Below, in pieces: positions 26,682 through 32,000 of a stretch of DNA of 32,000 nucleotides. The stretch comes from Acholeplasma laidlawii PG-8A. Lineage in GTDB: Bacteria > Bacillota_I > Bacilli_A > Acholeplasmatales > Acholeplasmataceae. Under the pieces are notes generated by a model. It did not search any database and was not told the origin of the DNA. It worked only from the letters and a program-made list of their open reading frames with translations. The stretch is taken from contig NC_010163.1 of the NCBI RefSeq assembly GCF_000018785.1, positions 960,001 to 992,000 on the forward strand, in the 5' to 3' direction. The stretch's first letter is position 1. Every line of letters starts with the position of its first letter. The translations under genes and the position numbers were made by a program.

Positions 26682-27580
26682 TTTTTCTTCTTATATACTG
26701 CATGTCCACCAAATTCATTACGCATTGCAGCTACCACTTTCTCGCTAAATTTGTGCTCATCTCTTGATTTGTATCTTGTAAATAAGGATTGTGCAATGAC
26801 TGGAATAGCTACCTCTAAATTAAGTGCTTCCTCAACCATCCATTTACCTTCACCACTATCATCAATACGACCTTGTATTTCACTTAATTTAGCATCTTTA
26901 CTAAATGCATTGCCAATATAACCTACAAGTGCAGATTCAATGATAGATCCACTGTTCCATACTTTAGTTAGACGCTCATAATCTACATCAAAATTAGAGG
27001 CTTCAATTAACTCAAAACCTTCACCAATAGCTTGCATCATGCCGTATTCTATACCATTATGAACCATCTTAACAAAGTGACCACTACCTGGACCACCCAT
27101 ATAGCCATAACCGTCTTTAGCAGATACATCATGATATACCGGTTTTAAATATTCAAATACTTCTTTAGTTCCACCAACCATTAAACAAGCACCATATCTA
27201 GCACCTTCAGTACCACCTGAGGTACCAACATCAACAAAATCAATGTCTAACTCTTTAAGTTTGTTGTAGCGTTCTATCGATTTATTAAAGTTAGAGTTTC
27301 CACCATCAATAATAATATCTTTTTCATTTAAATAAGGAATCACTTGTTCAATAACTTGATCTACTAACCCATTTGGTATCATAAGCCAAACAATCAATCT
27401 TGCATGATCTTTTCTTACTAAAAAACTAGCTAATTCATCATGTGTTTCAATACCAGCCTTATTTAATTGTGCTCTAGCTTGATCATTTAAATCAAAACCA
27501 ATCACTTCATGTTTCTTATCTTTTAAGTTTAATGCCAAATTTGCACCCATTTTCCCTAAACCAATTAAATGAATTCTCAT
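26678..27580 (-). CDS. gnd: 6-phosphogluconate dehydrogenase, short (about 300 aa, YqeC/GntZ-like) form
   Basis: Rossmann motif IGLGKMGANLALNL, then IIDGGNS, GTSGG..GA, HFVKMVHNGIEYG.MQ.I.E. It overlaps the zwf start. Confidence 0.88.
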   Translation of the reverse strand: MRIHLIGLGKMGANLALNLKDKKHEVIGFDLNDQARAQLNKAGIETHDELASFLVRKDHARLIVWLMIPNGLVDQVIEQVIPYLNEKDIIIDGGNSNFNKSIERYNKLKELDIDFVDVGTSGGTEGARYGACLMVGGTKEVFEYLKPVYHDVSAKDGYGYMGGPGSGHFVKMVHNGIEYGMMQAIGEGFELIEASNFDVDYERLTKVWNSGSIIESALVGYIGNAFSKDAKLSEIQGRIDDSGEGKWMVEEALNLEVAIPVIAQSLFTRYKSRDEHKFSEKVVAAMRNEFGGHAVYKKKK

Positions 27581-27654
27581 ATTTGACTCCTTTTTATTTT
27601 TATTCTATATGTTATTTTAACACAGGATGTATCTTTATATTTTATATAAACTCT

Positions 27655-28977
27655 TTATGCCAGTAAAATGATTGCTGCAATGATAAAGTAACTTCCTAGT
27701 GCAAAAAAGTCATTGATTGTGGTAATTAGTGGACCGCTTGCCGCTTTTTCATCTAGATTAAACTTGCGCAGTATCATCGGTGTTAGGACACCAAATAGTG
27801 CAGATAAAACCATAGATATAAATATAGATAATGATACAACCAGTGCAACCAAGTTCATATCTGTATAGGTATTAGGTAGGATGTTTAAAAACGCATAGAC
27901 AAATCCACCACCTATAACACCTGAAATCAAACCATTTAAGAAGCCAATCCCAAGTTCAAAAAAGACATCTTTTTTGAATAATTGGGGTTGATTCTGTAGT
28001 TTTAAAATGGATACAGCAATACTTTGAGTACCAATGTTACCTGCCATACCAAGTATAAGTGGTTGAAATAAAATAAGCGCAACATTCGTTTCTAGAACAT
28101 TACTAAATCCAGAAAGAGCACTTACTATCATAATATTTAATAAAGCACATATCACTAGCCAAGGTAAACGGTTCATAGAGCGCTTTAAAGCGGAATCAGT
28201 ATCACTTATTGTATGAGCTTTAACTAAACTCGTAATGGTTTCTGTATGTAATTCATCCATAATCGTTAAGGCATCATCTAATAAGATAATACCAATTTGT
28301 TTATGGTCATGATCAAGTACTGGAATGATTTCTATATCATAGTCTCTAATCTTTTTAATAGCAAGTTCAATTGGGTCATCTGAATATACAAAAGGATATT
28401 GATCATTGATGAGTTTTTCTAGACTTTGATTTGCTCTTGCAATTATCAGTTCTTGAAGTGGAATAGCACCTTTATATAAATCATCTTGGTCATGGAAAAA
28501 GATAACATCAAGTTCATCTTTTTCAGTGACTTCTGTTGTCACATAATGTGTTGCTTCTTTTACAGTTAATGTATTGGATAGATTGACAAAGTGTGGAGAT
28601 GATAAGGCACCTGATGAGTCTACTTCATAGGTAAATAACTGCATAATTTCATTCTTAGTTTTTTCTTGCAATAAAGAGATGATAAATATTTGTTTTTGAA
28701 CCTCATGTAAATCAATAAATGCTTTAATATCTTCAGTATCTAAAAACTTTAACATGGATTGTTTTTGCTCTTTTGTAAGTTCATCAAAAAACTCTATTTG
28801 AATGTCTTCGTCCAGTAATACAAATACATGTTTAAACATTTTAACACCGAGTGCTTGAAAGATTTTCATACGGTAGTCTTCATGGTCTTTAAATACTGTA
28901 GCAATATCAGAAGCATGATACTTTTGAAGCTGTACTTTTAACTTTTGTACAGATGCATTTAAGTCAATATTACGCAT
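27655..28977 (-). CDS. mgtE: magnesium transporter MgtE (paralog 2)
   Basis: An N-domain, a CBS pair (IPVLDHDHKQIGIILLDD) and a 5-TM domain with RLPWL, GNIGTQS and SGPLITTINDFFALGSYF. Confidence 0.9.
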   Translation of the reverse strand: MRNIDLNASVQKLKVQLQKYHASDIATVFKDHEDYRMKIFQALGVKMFKHVFVLLDEDIQIEFFDELTKEQKQSMLKFLDTEDIKAFIDLHEVQKQIFIISLLQEKTKNEIMQLFTYEVDSSGALSSPHFVNLSNTLTVKEATHYVTTEVTEKDELDVIFFHDQDDLYKGAIPLQELIIARANQSLEKLINDQYPFVYSDDPIELAIKKIRDYDIEIIPVLDHDHKQIGIILLDDALTIMDELHTETITSLVKAHTISDTDSALKRSMNRLPWLVICALLNIMIVSALSGFSNVLETNVALILFQPLILGMAGNIGTQSIAVSILKLQNQPQLFKKDVFFELGIGFLNGLISGVIGGGFVYAFLNILPNTYTDMNLVALVVSLSIFISMVLSALFGVLTPMILRKFNLDEKAASGPLITTINDFFALGSYFIIAAIILLA

Positions 28978-30301
28978 GGATTATCCCTCCTAGTAGTAAA
29001 GTAGCTAGACCAAAATAAATGACTAGGCATAAAACATCAATAATTGTAGTAATAAAAGGACCAGATGAGGAAGCAGGGTCAAAGTTGAGTTTGCTTAATA
29101 TAAAAGGAACTAAAAACCCTATAATAGGTGCAAGTATTACTATAATCCAAATAGTTAAACTTACAACAATACTTACTAATAAAGGGGACTCCACTTTCAT
29201 TAAATCACTTAAAATATAGGCTGCAATAAACGCTAAAATACCTAGTGCTAACCCAATTATCATTCCTGATAATGCTTCTTTTAAGCCGTCCTTAATTGAA
29301 ACTCCTTCTTTACTCGTTAGTCCAACTAATGTAACAGCAAGTGTTTGGTGGGCAACATTACCGCCAGAATCTAATAGCAGTGGTTGGAATAATGCAAGTA
29401 TTACGACACTTGTTAGAATTTCTTCGTAATTTGAAGTAATCAAAGCAAGTGGTATACTTAAAAGCATCATAATTATTAACCAAGGTAATCTTCTAAGCGC
29501 ACTATTAAATACATTTGTTTTAACATCGGTATCCGGTAGAAGCGATAGTTTTTCAATATCTTCTACTGCTTCATCACGGTAGATATCAAGTAAGTCGTCG
29601 GTTGTAATTGCTCCAATGATTTTTTGTTCATCATTTAATACTGCAACATCATAAGCACCATAATACTTCATATGTTTGATGATGACATCGACATCATCAA
29701 ACACATTGAGTACTGGTTCTTTTTTGAGAATATCTTGGGCAGTTAAAGGGCTTTTTGCTCTTACTAGAGTTTTGAGTGCAATTTGACCTAGATATTTCGA
29801 TTCATTATCTGTTACAAATATTGTTTTAACACTCTTTAAGTCTGCTGCGCTTTTAATGAGCTTTTTAGTAATATCTTTGACATCATTTGTACCTTCTACA
29901 AACAATATGTCATTATTCATATAAGCACCAGCTGTATATTCCTTATATTGGATTAAGTTTATTACAGGATCACTAGCATCTAGTTCATTAATAAGTTCTA
30001 GTCTCTCTGATTTACCAAACTCATTAATAATATCGGCAGCATCATCGGGCTCAAGATTTTGTACGACTAATACTTGTTCCTCTAAGCTTTGAGTTTGGAG
30101 TAGTTCTGCTGCATGTTCCGGTTCTAGGTATGACAAAACATCAGCAAACTGCTCTGTAGGTAGAATTTGCTTTAATCTTTCTTGATATTCAGGTTTTAAT
30201 TCTTTGAAGATTTCTACAATATCAAAACTGTGCATTTCTTCTAATGCTTGAAGGATATCCTTATCAGAAGCATCATTTAAAAGCATATCTTTAATATCCA
30301 T
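28970..30301 (-). CDS. mgtE: magnesium transporter MgtE (paralog 1)
   Basis: The same architecture: RLPWL, GGNVAHQT, DPASSSGPFITTIIDVLCLVIYF. I prefer the ATG at 30301 (MDIKDMLL.., SD AAGGGA 9 nt upstream, and a length equal to paralog 2) over the track start at 30394. Its stop overlaps the start of paralog 2 by 8 nt. Confidence 0.85.
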   Translation of the reverse strand: MDIKDMLLNDASDKDILQALEEMHSFDIVEIFKELKPEYQERLKQILPTEQFADVLSYLEPEHAAELLQTQSLEEQVLVVQNLEPDDAADIINEFGKSERLELINELDASDPVINLIQYKEYTAGAYMNNDILFVEGTNDVKDITKKLIKSAADLKSVKTIFVTDNESKYLGQIALKTLVRAKSPLTAQDILKKEPVLNVFDDVDVIIKHMKYYGAYDVAVLNDEQKIIGAITTDDLLDIYRDEAVEDIEKLSLLPDTDVKTNVFNSALRRLPWLIIMMLLSIPLALITSNYEEILTSVVILALFQPLLLDSGGNVAHQTLAVTLVGLTSKEGVSIKDGLKEALSGMIIGLALGILAFIAAYILSDLMKVESPLLVSIVVSLTIWIIVILAPIIGFLVPFILSKLNFDPASSSGPFITTIIDVLCLVIYFGLATLLLGGIIHA

Positions 30302-30480
30302 ATTTACACATCCCTTTAATTCTTCAACCGTTATTTTTATTACTAAAATTTGGTAAAGTCTTCTATTATCAATGATATCATTTTTAAGCCCCATTTGTCC
30401 ATTATGCTGTATGATGTTATTTTTTTATTGTTCTATCTAGTTCGGTTCTTCTTTGTTATACAAAGGTTTAATAAAACGAG

Positions 30481-30492
30481 TGTAAATTTACA
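30481..30492. promoter_or_regulatory. perfect 12-bp palindrome TGTAAATTTACA in the divergent intergenic region
   Basis: Seen directly in the sequence. It lies 58 nt upstream of the Rnf/Nqr-like operon start and inside the region upstream of mgtE. It is a candidate dimeric-regulator site only. Confidence 0.25.
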
Positions 30493-30549
30493 TATTATTT
30501 CGTCTTAGCATGTTAAAATAAATATAACAATACTTGAGAGGAAATTAAA

Positions 30550-31497
30550 ATGAATAAATCACAACAAAGTAGAATATTTGTTGCTAGCGCACTGTTCATA
30601 CTACTGATAGCTGCTTCGTTTATTTTTGGAGCGACTGTTTTTATTGTGGGCGCACTGGCAATACTCACGTCTTTCGTGGTAGAAATACTTAGCACAAAAG
30701 CTAGAAAAGAAACTTTTGATTGGACAAGTTTCTGGATCACACCACTTGTTATTACACTACTTACAACACCAACGATCATTGATCAAGTTTGGATGGTAAG
30801 TATTGCTACAGCATTTGGGGTATTCTTTGCAAAATCCATATGGGGTGGGCAAGACAAGAACGTATTTAATCCAGCCATGGTTGGATTAATCTTCATTGCA
30901 CTTGCATTTCCAATTTATGTTAATAATTTTCTAGAACCAGTATCTGGTTTGGCTTCTCCTCAGACTTTAGCTACAATCTTTAAAAATAGTCCAGGGCAAA
31001 TCATGACTACCTATTCCTTATGGGATGTCTTACTAGGAAACTATGCTGGAGCAATCGGTACTACATTTAAGTTGGGTATCATTATATTAGGTTTACTCAT
31101 GATGGTTGTAAGAATATCTGATTGGCGTATTCCACTAACCTTTGTAGGTACATATTTTGTATTATCACTCATCAATGGTTTTACAAAAACAGGTGTTAAT
31201 CCATTTATGTATGCAACTTACTCTATTTTAATGGGACACTTAATGTTTGCTGTCATGTTTGTTTCTACAGACCCACAAACTGCACCATTATACAATAAGG
31301 GTAAATTCATCTATGGAATTGGATTAGGATTTATCACTTGGATTATTCAAAATATTTGGGTTTTCAATCCTCTTGCACCAAATACTGAAGGTATTATCTA
31401 TTCTGTAACATTCATGAATGCTGTTGTAGGCTTAATTGATGTATGGACTGTACCTAAAGTAAAAGATATTCCTAACCTCGAGGAGGTAGCTATATGA
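30550..31497 (+). CDS. RnfD/NqrB-family membrane subunit of an Rnf/Nqr-like redox-driven ion pump
   Basis: A polytopic protein with FAKSIWGGQDKNVFNPAMVG and MFVSTDPQTAP (the family pattern GG.g.N.fNPA and f.m.TDP.T.P). SD GAGAGGA. Confidence 0.85.
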   Translation: MNKSQQSRIFVASALFILLIAASFIFGATVFIVGALAILTSFVVEILSTKARKETFDWTSFWITPLVITLLTTPTIIDQVWMVSIATAFGVFFAKSIWGGQDKNVFNPAMVGLIFIALAFPIYVNNFLEPVSGLASPQTLATIFKNSPGQIMTTYSLWDVLLGNYAGAIGTTFKLGIIILGLLMMVVRISDWRIPLTFVGTYFVLSLINGFTKTGVNPFMYATYSILMGHLMFAVMFVSTDPQTAPLYNKGKFIYGIGLGFITWIIQNIWVFNPLAPNTEGIIYSVTFMNAVVGLIDVWTVPKVKDIPNLEEVAI

Positions 31498-32000
31498 AAA
31501 AATATATTAGTATGTTAAGTTTCGTTCTTATCATGGGTATTGTATCTTCTGTTATTTTAATGGGTGCAGATATGATCACACGTGATAGAATTGCTAAAAA
31601 TGCAGAATATGCTTGGAAAACAGCTATATTAACGCATCATAATGTTGATTATACTGATGCAAACTTCGACGAAGTATTTCTAGAAACTTTTGAAGAAAGA
31701 ACTGCAGAAGACACTAATGGTAAGACAAGATACTTATATGTTCATAACCAAACTGGTGCAGTGAGTTATCAGTTCAGCGGTGGTGGCTTATGGGATACCA
31801 TAGCTGGTGTTATTACATTAGAAAGTGATTTCCAAACAATTGTTCAAATCACTGTTACTAAACAAGGAGAAACTCCAGGTTTAGGTGGTATTGTTGCAGA
31901 AAAACCTTATCTAGATAATTATGCTGGTAAGAAATTTGATGAATCCTTAGGGTTGGTGGCTGTTAAATCAGAACCTACTACAGATTATGAAGTAGATGCA
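31494..32000 (+). CDS. RnfG/NqrC-family FMN-binding subunit; partial, 3' end outside the window
   Basis: The ATG at 31494 overlaps the upstream stop (ATGA), and an SD GAGGAGG is present. My translation shows an N-terminal TM anchor, then YQFSGGGLWDTIAGVITLESDFQTIVQITVTKQGETPGLGG...GKKFD...YEVDA. The expected SGAT flavinylation motif would lie just beyond position 32000. Confidence 0.8.
   Translation, partial: MKKYISMLSFVLIMGIVSSVILMGADMITRDRIAKNAEYAWKTAILTHHNVDYTDANFDEVFLETFEERTAEDTNGKTRYLYVHNQTGAVSYQFSGGGLWDTIAGVITLESDFQTIVQITVTKQGETPGLGGIVAEKPYLDNYAGKKFDESLGLVAVKSEPTTDYEVDA

Noticed and set aside
30302-30394. 31-codon N-terminal extension of mgtE paralog 1 (track start at 30394, MGLKNDIIDNRRLYQILVIKITVEELKGCVN).
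   Set aside because: The extension has no counterpart in paralog 2 or in the usual MgtE N-domain. The ATG at 30301 has an SD-like AAGGGA and gives two paralogs of equal length.
30302-30549. M-box (Mg-sensing) riboswitch upstream of the mgtE pair.
   Set aside because: I read the minus-strand leader and found none of the conserved M-box segments I remember (for example the GGUGAGG-type stretches). I cannot run a covariance model, so this is recorded as not found rather than proven absent.
1506-30779. Short ORFs in the supplied track lying antisense to, or overlapping, long conserved genes: 1506-1703, 7731-7925, 10399-10626, 11054-11287, 12386-12610, 12691-12894, 13130-13363, 17405-17605, 18268-18552, 19019-19207, 21147-21386, 22195-22662, 24415-24723, 26560-26748, 29019-29219 and 30513-30779.
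   Set aside because: Each is fully embedded opposite a gene with clear family signatures, or overlaps one. Their compositions are low-complexity and Leu/Ile/Phe/Ser-rich, as expected for shadow frames in AT-rich DNA, and none has a convincing SD. I treated them as non-coding.
1-32000. CRISPR arrays, rRNA genes, additional tRNAs, retron or group II intron reverse transcriptases, and integrase/recombinase genes.
   Set aside because: I saw no regularly spaced direct repeats, no long non-coding gaps beyond those described, and no ORF with RT or tyrosine/serine recombinase motifs on reading both strands.

Overview
This is an AT-rich segment (about 30% GC by eye) that uses the standard genetic code: TGA acts as a stop and Trp is TGG. 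Gene content and order look like a low-GC Firmicutes/Mollicutes-type chromosome (Acholeplasma- or Erysipelotrichia-like), but the organism cannot be identified from the sequence alone. Nearly all genes are on the minus strand.

Positions 5.1-30.4 kb are ordinary, tightly packed housekeeping DNA:
- a heterodimeric ABC exporter pair, one subunit broken by an in-frame TAA
- the conserved string trmK-rpoD-dnaG-glyQS-recO-era-cdd-ybeY-phoH, then rpsU, rsmE and secG
- a YclNOPQ/Ceu-type iron-siderophore or heme ABC importer headed by a small ABM-fold monooxygenase
- an MBL-fold hydrolase and an M32 carboxypeptidase
- zwf and gnd (oxidative pentose phosphate)
- two translationally coupled mgtE paralogs

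The right edge (30.5-32 kb, plus strand) starts an Rnf/Nqr-like membrane redox operon.

The left 5 kb is accessory DNA next to the 3' end of a tRNA-Arg(TCT) gene. It holds a decayed IS3-family element, an extra 22-bp solo copy of that element's terminal repeat, and an orphan metK C-terminal fragment. It also holds an HNH endonuclease, a 2-TM PH-like protein, a stand-alone DUF1643 protein, an HExxH fragment, a small 4-TM protein, and an XRE regulator followed by a zinc-ribbon protein.

I saw no CRISPR array, rRNA, or recognisable riboswitch (M-box, T-box and SAM were looked for). I did not find a clear multi-gene novel system. The best leads are in the accessory 5 kb (the DUF1643 gene and the IS-associated rearrangements), plus a few oddities in core genes.
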